From Trichoplax sp. H2 (Eukaryota), in assembly GCA_003344405.1 (NCBI GenBank), contig NOWV01000025.1:1-64000 (forward strand): DNA of 64,000 nt. The letters are read 5' to 3'. Shown here one piece after another: positions 42,964 to 61,100 of the stretch (positions are counted from its first letter, which is position 1; each line of letters starts with the position of its first letter). The notes under the pieces were generated by a model, which did no database searches, was not told where the DNA came from, and saw only the letters and a list, made by a program, of their open reading frames with translations. The translations under genes and the position numbers were made by a program.

Positions 42964-43759
42964 GATAGTTCCTTACTGTAGATCTTCTGTGCCTCTTTCC
43001 TTAGCCATTGCGACTAATTTAACCGCACTGATAATAATTCAATGTTCCATTTTAACAGACATCGAATTTATAGAAGTCATCATAAAAATACCTTTTAGCC
43101 TAAAGTATATACGTAAGTTTTCTTCATGGACTACTCGATGCTATATTTGGTGTAGACTTTAGGTGTGTCGTACTATGGATTTCTAGTACAATATTTAGTT
43201 ACTAATTTTTTAAAGGAAGTAAACGCCTAGGCAGAGTTGAGCATCAGAGGTCTACAGTACAGTGCATGGATCCAGCATCTGCTTATGTTTACAGTAGAAT
43301 GCAGAATACGGTACTTAAGAGTATAGCATTTTGACGACTTTCTAGTAAATGCTATAGAGGTATTTTTCCCCTCCACTAGTATACTGTTGGCTGCTAAATA
43401 TGGAGGCTGATCATTATTTCGCTAGTCCATGGACTTTTAGATTGCTTGGCAACAAGTCTAAAAGTCCATGGCTGGTCATTTGAACTTGCCGTACTGATTA
43501 CAGCTGGGCTCCAAAGTAGCTACCAAGTACAGTAGACTCCTTCTCTTGTATGAAGACAGTCGATTTTGAATTGACTAATTTTCATCTAAATTAAGTAATA
43601 TTACGTTGAATCTTATTATCTGCAGCTAAGCTAACTTCTGCTTGGAAATATTCACGTAAGATTGTAGATGTTACTTGGAAAACAGACATGGAAGATTCAT
43701 ACTAACGTAAGTAGCCATTTTTCGATCTTTACTGCTTCATTGGGGGTAAGAAAGTCCAT
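42662..43759 (-). CDS. Candidate orphan 3-exon small protein, 67 aa
   Basis: complement(join(42662..42761,42977..43027,43707..43759)), 204 nt. Donors GTTAGT and GTAAGG, acceptors TTATCAG and GCTAAC...GTAAAG. Both introns are phase 2 and the frame stays open. Product MDFLTPNEAVKIEKWLLTAVKLVAMAKERGTEDLQSISTLLFQIVHGKSSDGERSGANWPSPFRNSR. No family recognised. Confidence 0.5.
43427..43471. mobile_element. Tiny TIR element, 45 bp, 15-bp perfect inverted repeats
   Basis: CCATGGACTTTTAGA-N15-TCTAAAAGTCCATGG, flanks CTAGT/CTGGT. Confidence 0.5.
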
Positions 43760-44102
43760 CTGTCTGTAGCTACTGCTACTTCCTACCGTCCATACTTCTG
43801 TACACAGTGTACAGTACAGTCCAATACCATTTCCAGGTATGCCGCGTTGCATGCTGGTGACACAGTGTACAGTACACCGAACACTACAGTATCGCACACT
43901 GTACACTCTACGGTATGAGACTCTAGCTCCTCACGACTGTTGATTGCTGCTGGATCATTTTTTTCTTATATTGCTTCCGAGCGACGATTAATTATTTGGA
44001 AGCTTTTCCTCGGAGCTTTTTCATCGTTTGGCACCTTGTCTGCTGTGATAGCAAGTTTAGAACTGATCGACTCAACGTTTCTCTTTGCTAATAGAAATTA
44101 AT

Positions 44103-45579
44103 ATGTGGTACGAAGCACTTCCGCCTTTTCTAATTATTATTGGCTTGATGTCCGCATCGAGTTACGGCATGAAATTTGTTGACCGATTTGCCAATAACGG
44201 AAAGGTAAAAAAATTGAATAGTAAATGGACGAGAGCGAGATCGATTGATCAGGGAATCGATATTAGTACTCTTATAGTTGCTACATTGAAATATCTGCAT
44301 GTCAAGATTGATCATGATGTGATGCTGAGTGAGTTAGAAAAAAATAGAAATAAAAGCAATCACCACGCCAGATTGTACTGTACAGTATGGTAGAAGTCGA
44401 ACAGACTAAGTATGCAGAAAGGCCTTTCTCCAATCACCAGTTAACCATGGCGGTGAGTTGGTGGGGCTTACAGTTTGGTATTGATTGTGTATAAAATGAA
44501 CAGTGCAACGGTTAATCTTCATCAAAGGCTAATTTGATCGCTAGTATCAACATTAGTTAACGCTAAACCGCTTTAATTCTAAGCAGTATGCGGTAGAGTG
44601 TATAACTGATAGTAGTTTTTAGAATTTCAGTACCAGATTGTGCTGTTGTATTGATTTATAACTAGACTACAGTAATTACGAGTAGATGGCAATGGCCAAC
44701 ATTACTACAACTTGACTGCTTCTCTAGTAGTTTATATCATAGCGTAAATGCTTGTCAATGTTAAATTGGATCAATGTTGATCTAAAATTCTGGCTTTGGC
44801 CACCAAATTGACCGGATACTATACCGCCAGCGTAGATAGTACTGTACTACTGTGCAATATTCATACCAGACTTGCGAGCTTTTTTTATTTTAAAAGGGAA
44901 GCCGTATGATGGCTAACCGTTCTTTTATTGCCTTTGCATTTCCTCTTGAATACTACACTAACAAAAATGAAGCTACTAAAAGTCTAAAATAGAAAAGCAG
45001 CCTATTCATAACTTGTTAAGGAACATGAATTCAAGCTTTTAGTTATACCGTGTAGACTGTATGTCATGCTGCACGGCTAAAGTAGCTGCGTTACTATGTG
45101 ACAAGTGTTTTGCAATCCATAACGTTAGTCTACTCGTAAGTTGCTAGAAATAGACGTTGTGGCATCATTATATTAGATTACCATACCTTTTGTCGTAAAA
45201 GATAGCTTAATGTTTATATATTTACAAGAAGTCAGACTTGGTGATATGTCCTAAAATAGACAGTGCAGTTAACCCGGGCTGAAAACTCGAAAGGCATAAC
45301 ATTACCTATCGATTGGGAATTTTAACGCTTATTTTACAGTAACCATTAAAATGAGGCAATTCTTTCCTTTGCAGCCGAAAAGATATAGATTGGACAAATA
45401 CGAAAGGTATCTAATGGAACGCGATCGAAGAATCACTGGCAGTACAGCAGTTCAACAGGTACTATCTAAAATAAAGTTCCTACTTCTGCTTTTGTCGTAG
45501 CTACAGATTGATCAATTTTCAAGATGGTTGATGACCTATCTTTATTCTCCATTAGGATATATCTGGTCATCGCGCATAA
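44103..45579 (+). CDS. NDUFA1: NADH:ubiquinone oxidoreductase subunit A1 (MWFE), 69 aa
   Basis: join(44103..44204,45375..45458,45556..45579): MWYEALPPFLIIIGLMSASSYGMKFVDRFANNGK-PKRYRLDKYERYLMERDRRITGSTAVQQ-DISGHRA. MW[FY]E start and LMERDRRI motif. Confidence 0.93.
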
Positions 45580-47202
45580 ATCTGATCAATATACCCATCA
45601 ATACTGATAAAGGTGATTCGCCAAGTAATATCTACGTATCCAAAACGAAGGTCTATCCGAGAAAAGAAATCTGCCGCAAAATTGACAATCATTCATGATT
45701 TATCATTTACCGGCAAACAAAAAGATTTAGTCAAATTGGTACGCTTATTCTGCTGCTGTATTTTTCTGTGATTAGTTCTTTCGCCAATTTCATTTGTCCT
45801 GTTAAACAAATATATACTCATACAGTAATTAAACTGTCCTAACTACTGAGTTTTCTCTACTTGTAATTGTAAATACACTACATCAGGACAGTATACGTAT
45901 GCTTCCAAATTTTTCCTAATTGAGCTGTTTATCTCTAAATGTTTGGACTTTTGATGCGCTACAATAAAAATTGTATGAGTTTATTGGAAACGTAAAATAG
46001 CAATTACTGCTGTCAATAAATACTAATTAGTATTTTACTACTGCTTCAATTCATTTGTTTCTATGCTACTGCAATCATTTCTTCTGTTGATCAGAAACAA
46101 TCAATCACCGTTTAGATTTACAAATTACAACTTGCTAGTCAGCAACTTACTCGCTCAGACAACATTTGAGCTTATTAATCGCTTACATCGAAGTTACTAC
46201 GATACAACCATTCCTGCCTGCGATCTTAAACCTGTAATACTGCATATTGATAGGGAGTAGAAGTCAAGTTAAATCTACTAGGCATAGCTTTACTAGTCAC
46301 GCTAAGCTACATTCGATCGAATTTACGAGTAGTATCAATAGAGGGATGCAGCAAGTTTTATAGGTACCTATAGGGCTTTTGCCCTCTTGTTTGCAATTAG
46401 TTCTACGTGTACGTATACGTATTATTCAAATTGTACAGTATTTCCCTGTAGGGGACTGAAGTATTGATCTTGATGATATCGCATAGCCTTCATTTAGTCA
46501 AACCCACGTAATAACAGTTATTCTATATCTTGACTATATGCCATATGCAGGAAGTACACATACGTTTTCCGTCCATCTCACTACAATTAGACTGTAACAA
46601 GAAAATTAACTTTAATAGTTTCATTTCATACAGAGGTGTTTTTCATTTTCAGCTACAGATACAAGACTAAGAAAAATAGCAAGAAATTCCACCTTCAATA
46701 ACCCTTTCAACGATACTATATGTTACAGATCGTAGACAATCGCATCGCAAGAGAATTGCTTTCATAACATAGTACTAACAATTTAAATTTACCAATGACT
46801 AAGAATTTAATGTCACTGATAAAAGCTAATCCACTTTCAGATGCATGTTGCTAATATAGGTACATGTACAGATATTTAAGTTCGTATTTTAGTGGTCGGT
46901 AGTCTATATAGATACTGCAGCTATCCAATATGAAATAGTTTACCAATCATGACAATATCTCTGAAAGATGTAATGAATTAAATCACTGACAATCTTCCGA
47001 GACTTACTGAAACTGCTAAAAAAAGCATCAATAACGGTAAGTTATCATCATCTAATGTGCCTATAATACATTAAAGAGATCAACATTCACAAATTGGCTA
47101 CGTATAATATTCTCTTATACCTCACAGACAAAGAGTTAATAATATTTTAATACTGTAGCAATCCCAATACCAACTGTAAGATTAAATTAACAATAAACAA
47201 CC

Positions 47203-53420
<6,218 letters not shown>

Positions 53421-53724
53421 GCATTCCCTAGTAAAGAGAGAAATTTGAAAAAGGTGTCGATGGTGGATTTCTTCTTCTTCTCAAGCTTATTGGTAGAGAA
53501 TACAACAAGTAGTTTAGTTGTTTTCTATCTTGAATTGGAAAGAATAGCTTAAGCTTCAGAAAAGCTACAAAGCGATGGCGAGAGAGAAGAGTTGTTGGCT
53601 GTTTGAACTCAGCAGTAGGGTACAGTACAGTACAGTACAGGAGTGAGTGATCGAGGAGCATTGACTACACTGCAGACTCTGTACTGTACTGTACAGTATA
53701 GTAGACACTCAAGCCAGCGATATG

Positions 53725-55940
53725 GTACTGTACACTGTAGGCGCCAGTGGCTTTTTCTCATACAGAATGGTGTATGTCAGTCCGCTCTGTACTGTCTGTA
53801 GTGCCGTGGATTGGACTGTGCGAGGGTGTACTGTACACTGTAGACGCCAGTGGCTTTTTCTCATACAGAATGGTGTATGTCAGTCCACTCTGTACTGTCT
53901 GTAGTGCCCGTGGATTGGACTGTGCGAGGGTGTACTGTACACTGTAGACGCCAGTGGCTTTTTCTCATACAGAATGGTGTATGTCAGTCCACTCTGTACT
54001 GTCTGTAGTGCCGTGGATTGGACTGTGCGAGGGTGTACTGTACACTGTAGACGCCAGTGGCTTTTTCTCATACAGAATGGTGTATGTCAGTCCACTCTGT
54101 GCTGTCTGTAGTACCGTGGATTGGACTGTGCCAGTGTGTCCCTTTTTTACTGTACTGTACTGTACTGTACTGTACATTGTAGACGCTAGTGGCTTTTTCT
54201 CATACAGAATGGTGCATGTCAGTCCACTCTGTACTGTCTGTAGTACCGTGGATTGGACTGTGCCAGTGTGTCCCGTACTGTACTGTACACTGTAGACGCC
54301 GGTGACTTTTTCTCATACAGAATGGTGCATGTCAGTCCACTCTGCAATGTCCGTAGTACCGTGGATTAGACTGTGCGAGTGTGTCCCTTTACTGTACTGT
54401 ACACTGTAGACGCCAGTGGCTTTTTCTCATACAGAATGGTGTATGTCAGTCCACTCTGTGCTGTCTGTAGTGCCGTGGATTGGACTGTGCCAGTGTGTCC
54501 CTTTTTTACTGTACAGTACTGTACTGTACTGTACACTGTAGACGCTAGTGGCTTTTTCTCATACAGAATGGTGCATGTCAGTCCACTCTGTACTGTCTGT
54601 AGTACCGTGGATTGGACTGTGCCAGTGTGTCCCTTACTGTACTGTACACTGTAGACGCCGGTGACTTTTTCTCATACAGAATGGTGCATGTCAGTCCACT
54701 CTGCAATGTCCGTAGTACCGTGGATTAGACTGTGCGAGTGTGTCCCTTTACTGTACTGTACACTGTAGACGCCAGTGGCTTTTTCTCATACAGAATGGTA
54801 CATGTCAGTCCACTCTATACTATCTGTAGTACCGTGGATTGACTGTGCCAGTGTGTAACCATACCGTACCTTTTTACAGTGTACAGTGTACAGTACTAGA
54901 CTGTACTGCGGTATTGTACTGTAGCATACAGTAAAATGGCAGAAAATGGATTTTAGCGCGTAGACGTAGACGTACTTGATGGTGCAATGAAATGATGATT
55001 CATTGAAAGGAAACAATTCGCCATCACCAGCATATGGGATACAAGTGTGGATAAGGCATTCCTCTTTCTACTTTGCTTATCTTAATACTAATGTATTCAA
55101 AATGCATTAAATGATGACGGCATACTGTATCGTTGTAGGTCAATGTGTAGTATATCAATGGATGAATGATGATGATAATTATTTATTTATTTTGGTGGAT
55201 CACTTGTGGTTGGGCTGGCATCCAGTCGATAGACTACTTGTATAGTGAGCAGTCTACTACCATGCATACCTGCNNNNNNNNNNNNNNNNNNNNCTCTGTA
55301 CTGTCTGTAGTACCGTGGATTGGACTGTGCGAGTGTGTACTGTACACTGTAGACGCCAGTGGCTTTTTCTCATACAGAATGGTGTATGTCAGTCCACTCT
55401 GTACTGTCTGTAGTGCCGTGGATTGGACTGTACCAGTGTGTCCCTTTTTTACTGTACTGTACTGTACACTGTAGACGCTAGTGGCTTTTTCTCATACAGA
55501 ATGGTGTATGTCAGTCCACTCTGTACTGTCTGTAGTACCGTGGATTGGACTGTGCCAGTGTGTCCCTTATTACTGTACTGTACACTGTAGACGCCGGTGA
55601 CTTTTTCTCATACAGAATGGTGTATGTCAGTCCTCTCTGCACTATCTGTAGTACCATGAATTGGACTGTGCGAGTGTGTCCCTTTTTTACTGTACTGTAC
55701 TGTACTGTACACTATAGACGCTAGTGGCTTTTTCTCATACAGAATGGTGCATGTCAGTCCACTCTGTACTGTCTGTAGTACCGTGGATTGGACTGTGCCA
55801 GTGTGTCCCTTACTGTACTGTACACTGTAGACGCCGGTGACTTTTTCTCATACAGAATGGTGCATGTCAGTCCACTCTGTAATGTCCGTAGTACCGTGGA
55901 TTAGACTATGTCAGTCCACTCTATACTGTCTGTAGTAGCG
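53725..55940. repeat. Satellite array of 103-132 bp units in two blocks separated by a unique tail and an N-gap
   Basis: Core CTTTTTCTCATACAGAATGGTGTATGTCAGTCCACTCTG at 53751, 53854, 53958, 54061, 54193, 54306, 54420, 54552, 54665 and 54779, and again after the gap at 55274-55293. Confidence 0.97.
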
Positions 55941-57083
55941 TGGATTGACTGTGCCAGTGTGTAACCATACCGTACCTTTTTACAGTGTACAGTGTACAGT
56001 ACTAGACTGTACTGCGGTATTGTACTGTAGCATACAGTAAAATGGCAGAAAATGGATTTTAGCGCGTAGACGTACTTGATGGTGCAATGAAATGATGATT
56101 CATTGAAAGAAAACAATCCGCCATCACCAGCATATGGGATACAAGTGTGGATAATGCATTCCTGTTTCTACTTTGCTTATCTTAATACTAATGGTATTCA
56201 AAATGCATCAAATGATGACGACATACTGTATCGTTGTAGGTCAATGTGTAGTATATCAATGGATGAATGATGATGATGATAATTATTTATTTGTTTTGGT
56301 GGATCACTTGTGGTTGGGCTGGCATCCAGTCGATAGACTACTCGTATAGTGAGCAGTCTACTACCATGCATACCTGCACAATAATAGACAGTATAGGCAC
56401 AAATCACAATATCAGGATAGGATTTGTACTTATGCTGGAGGTAAGCTTGAATAGGATATTGTATTGTTCTTTGACTTCAGTCAATCTTGACCAATGTGCA
56501 GGTAAAAAAAGCCTCTTTGATTCCACTACTCCACACCGTGATGAGTTATGGCCGACGACATTACTAGAGAAAGCACAACGAAGTGAAGCCGACTCCACTT
56601 CGTTGTGCTTTCTCTTGCGTACTGTACTAGTACTAGTACAGTACTGACAGTCATAAACTACAGTACATACTGTAGTTTGGACCACATACTACAGTACATT
56701 GTACACTGACGTCACAGTACGTATTTTAAACTGCTTTCGACAGTACAGTACAGTACTGTACTGTACTCTGTAGTCCATGATCCACTTGACCAGGTACTGT
56801 ATTTTGAAGTGCTTTCTACTTACTAATTACTATTATTGATAATATTAGTAACTAATTGTTAGGTATTTAGAAGAGCTTTCTAGTTACTGTACTGTACACA
56901 TGTACACCGTGAGTCCTTTCTTTCCAGATTTTATAAAATGAAATAACATGATGCAATTTCAATCCATTTGACTCCAGTTATTGGATTAGTACATAGCTTA
57001 TGAGTCCAAGATTTCATATGTGTTCTTCTTCAAATTTGCTTACGTAGAGTATTGACAGCGTAATACTGTACGCTGTCAATACT

Positions 57084-57860
57084 ACTGCACCTTTCTTACA
57101 ATGTAAAGTACTGTACTGGACATTGACATGAACTTTGTACTGTAGTCTGGTACAGTGTTGAGTCCACTGAGTACTGTACGCTGCAACGAAACTGCACCTT
57201 TCTTACAATGTAAAGTACAGTACTGTACTGAACTTTGTACTCAAGGCCTGGTACAGTATTGAGTCCACTGAGTACAGTACGCTGCAAAGAAACTGCACCT
57301 TTCTTACAATGTAAAGTACTGTACTGGACATTGACATGAACTTTGTACTGTAGTCTGGTACTGTACTGTACTGTACACTGTACAGTGTTGAGTCCACTGA
57401 GTACTGTACAGTACAGTAAGCTGCAACGAAACTGCACCTTTCTTACAATGTAAAGTACTGTACTCGACATTGGCATGAACTTTGTACTGTAGCCTGGTAC
57501 AGTGTTGAGTCCACTGAGTACTGTACGCTGCAAAGAAACTGCACCTTTCTTACAATGTAAAGTACTGTACTCGACATTGGCATGAACTTTGTACTGTAGT
57601 CTGGTACAGTGTTGAGTCCACTGAGTACTGTACGCTGCAACGAAACTGCACCTTTCTTACAGTACAATGTAAAGTACAGTACAGTACTGTACTGAACTTT
57701 GTACTCAAGGCCTGGTACAGTGTTGAGCCCACTGAGTACTGTACGCTGCAAAGAAACTGCACCTTTCTTATAATGTAAAGTACTGTACTGGACATTGACA
57801 TGAACTTTGTACTCAAGGCTTGGTACTGTAGTCTGGTACAGTATTGAGTCGACGCTGTAC
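57084..57860. repeat. Second satellite array, 7 units of about 101-139 bp
   Basis: ACTGCACCTTTCTTA starts at 57084, 57191, 57292, 57431, 57538, 57645 and 57756. Confidence 0.95.
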
Positions 57861-58125
57861 TGTGCGCTGTTGACTGCTTGAAAGCAGTCGAAAACAGCCT
57901 TTGCCAAGAAATGCTTACAGACAGTATAACACCAATGGAGTGAACAAGCACCCCATCCATTCAGTGATGGGCATTTTTAATTTGTAGTCGACTAGCAAAT
58001 TGCTTCAGTTTTTTTTTCTTCCTCCATCAGCGAAAGATCTTGAACGCCAAATTATTCAATTGGTTGAACTAGGAGAAATTCCAAGGTAGTTATTCCTTTC
58101 CAATCGCAACATTAAAGGCCAAAAG

Positions 58126-61100
58126 ATGCGAGTAGTCATTCTACTGTTTGCCTTGTTCATGGCTTGCGATGGACTTATTAAGGTAAGAAGTTGTTGCACC
58201 ACCAGTTGGCATGATGATATGGATAATGATGTTACTATCGTCGTCATAAATTGAGCAAACAAACAAGAAAAAAACAGTCTACTCTAATTCTACCAAGACG
58301 AAATCCTGTCGTTTTCAATGATGCCAACGAGTACAAGTGCAAATAGGACGATCACGGTCAAGATAGAATGACGACGCAGTGAGAAGAACTTGATCTTTCA
58401 ATTCTTCTTCCTCCGCGTCGTTTTTTTATTTTTTTTCCTCAACTCTTTTTGACTTATTTGTCATTTCTACCATGATAGACTAGTGTTCCTAGTGGGTAAG
58501 TAAACCAGATTGTTTTTTCAACGGAGTTTCAATAGAATGGCATGAGACTACAAGTTCATGGAGGAAAGCATTCATGAAATAGGATTCTACTTGGATGGGG
58601 CTATAAATGGACGAGTGATCTCCTCTAAAAAAAAAATGAGGATAACACGAGTAATCTGCCATCGTTTTCTTTCTTCTTTTTTTTTTTTCTCCCCTTTCAC
58701 CACTACTTCAACTGCGGTAGACAGTACTATCATTCTGCAGTCAAGGAAGTAGCCGACAGAGTAAAAACGCTAGACTGTAGACAGTGGTCGTGAAGGGTTT
58801 TTTCCCCCTTTCCTTTCATTATGCCGCCGTACTAATGACACAATTCTGCTAACGGCAGCGCAAAAGAGAAAATCAACTGGTCATGCCGCCAATCAATCAC
58901 GATTGCATATGGAAGACCCTCCTGTCTCCTGGTCGATCTTATTGCCAATTTCAACCAACGACCAACATGGAAACCATGGCAAAAAAATCTTCTTTTTTTT
59001 TCCCCCATCGCCATAGGCGCATAGTACTTGCCAACAACCAACCATACGACTGCAATCCAATCCACGATGTAGCTACGTCGGTTAGTGTTGGTAGATTGAA
59101 AAATGCATTCAAGAACATTTCAAAGTGGAGAAAAGCATTGGATTGCGTGTTGTAATCAAGTGATGGCAAGGAAAATACATCACAATCTTTCGCCCCGTCT
59201 CCATTCCCCATTACCATCTTCAATCAATATCCTGAACAAATGTCGATCACGCAGCGTTTTAACTTACCGATAGAGAAGAGAAAGTAAATCAATGTGTTAC
59301 TCCCTTTATCATTGACAAGATGGAAAGTACTATACAACCATGATAACAGTAGCGCAAAGTTGATTTTAATGCTGTAATCCAGCAACGCTTGCAAAAAAAA
59401 AAGATTTTCCAATGGATCGTCGTCGACTTATCCAATCGTGAATTCAACCGACGACACTTTCATATAAACACCAATGGCGTAATGTGGTTTGGATAAGGGA
59501 CTTCCTGGACACAATGCTGGAATAAAGATTGGAAATTGGATCAATTTAGGCCTAGGAAGTAATAAATGAAACCTCTGTCGTAGTTTTTCAAGCCCTCCTT
59601 TCCAGGAGAATTTCTCCTTCTTTCCCCCTTGAATGATTGTCTCTTCTTGTATTACCGATAAAGAATCGCCACTAACCATTTTGCAATCAATCATCATACC
59701 TAGTCTGCATGCTTGCTGTCCAACTTGATTGGACTGCATTCTATAATATAGAAAACTTGAAAATACCAAAGGATGAAAGTTTACTAAACGAGTTGTTACT
59801 TTCTGCATGTCTTTCGTCATGGCATTTGTAAAATTCGGCCATCTTGGACGGGTCTGACTCAATTAGGGAGATTTTGCAACATTTTTATCTTCTTTTGCCA
59901 AATTTTCATGACATCCATTTCTTATCATAAATCCTGCACTGTACAATGTCCATGGAGCCATGAGCTTACACGTTAATTTCGTCCAAAAAGGAAAGCACTA
60001 TTTATTTATTGATGTTACGTGCACTGTTGGAAAGATCAATAGGATTTTGCGATGCCAATCATGAAAGATTTAGTTCAAGGCTGATGCCCACTTGGGTTAA
60101 ACTAATATGGTATATTTTACCAACTGTTTTGGTCGTTAGGAGCACTTTTAGCGTAAACCAAAGGTCAAATAGTCCTTTTCCAGGAGATGAACCCAGGATA
60201 AAACAATAAATGGAAATAAAGAAGCTTAACTAATTTTTTTATCCATGCCGAGTTTGACACATGTTAACATGAAAATTGTTTATAGGAAAAATATTGATTG
60301 ATTCACTACTTTGAAACTGTAATATGTGGGTAAGCCCGGTAGATGATAGCAGTTCGTTCGGCATAAACCCTTCTATTTCTACTTTACCAAGATGTCCAAG
60401 CACTTTAAAAAAGGCTCGGGGTTCTCCTGTTAATGTCCTTCATATTTTGACACGCAAAGGCAATAAAACCTGATCAAGGATACCTTGTACTGAAGCGTTG
60501 CAGTGTACGCCTGAAAAAATGACTCCAACTTGGCTAGTAGCCATTTCACTTTCATGACCCATGGACGCTTATTGAATACAAAAATTGGGAAAGGGATATT
60601 AGATAGCCACAGAAACAACTGATTGAATATTGGAATAAAGTGCAATAGGGTACTAAATAGCATAAGCTTTCAGACTCATGGCTGTATACTATTTGCAAGA
60701 CTTTGTAATTGTAATCATCGCTAAACTCGACAGGAGCGCAGTCTAAGCACACATTATCAATTAGTTAAGAAAATGATAGATGAGATTTAATTAACTAATC
60801 CTTGATGTAAGCCAAACTTTTTTATTATAAAATGGACCTAGAATACATCATTAATTAATAAGGACGCCGATGTAGAAAGGGTACACGGCTATAAGCCCTA
60901 ATCCCAACCAACGACTGTGGCTCACCATACAGTACACGCTTCGCCAATTTTCAAATCCTATTCCCGACTATTTACCAAGCCAATCAGACATCCAGTGGGC
61001 TAAGTCATCTTCGCTGTCGAATTATACTGTAGCGTAAATATTTCTATCCATTAAAGCTCAATTGATCAATAGGATACTAAATATCGCACTGTCAGTCATT

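Noticed and set aside
53725..55940. CRISPR-like appearance (regular, partly palindromic repeats)
   Set aside because: There are no unique spacers; whole units are repeated. No cas genes, and the context is eukaryotic.
53722..57960. Many Cys/Thr/Val/Tyr-rich ORFs in the track
   Set aside because: They are translations of satellite and CAGTA repeats, open in several frames on both strands.
57950..57975. CAGTGA hairpin upstream of APP as an IRE like that reported for human APP
   Set aside because: Only a 4-bp stem in a shifted register, with no canonical C-bulge geometry.
58558..60752. Cluster of 60-144 aa ORFs in APP intron 1
   Set aside because: No recognisable domains, overlapping on both strands, often non-ATG starts; I could not build a consistent splice model.
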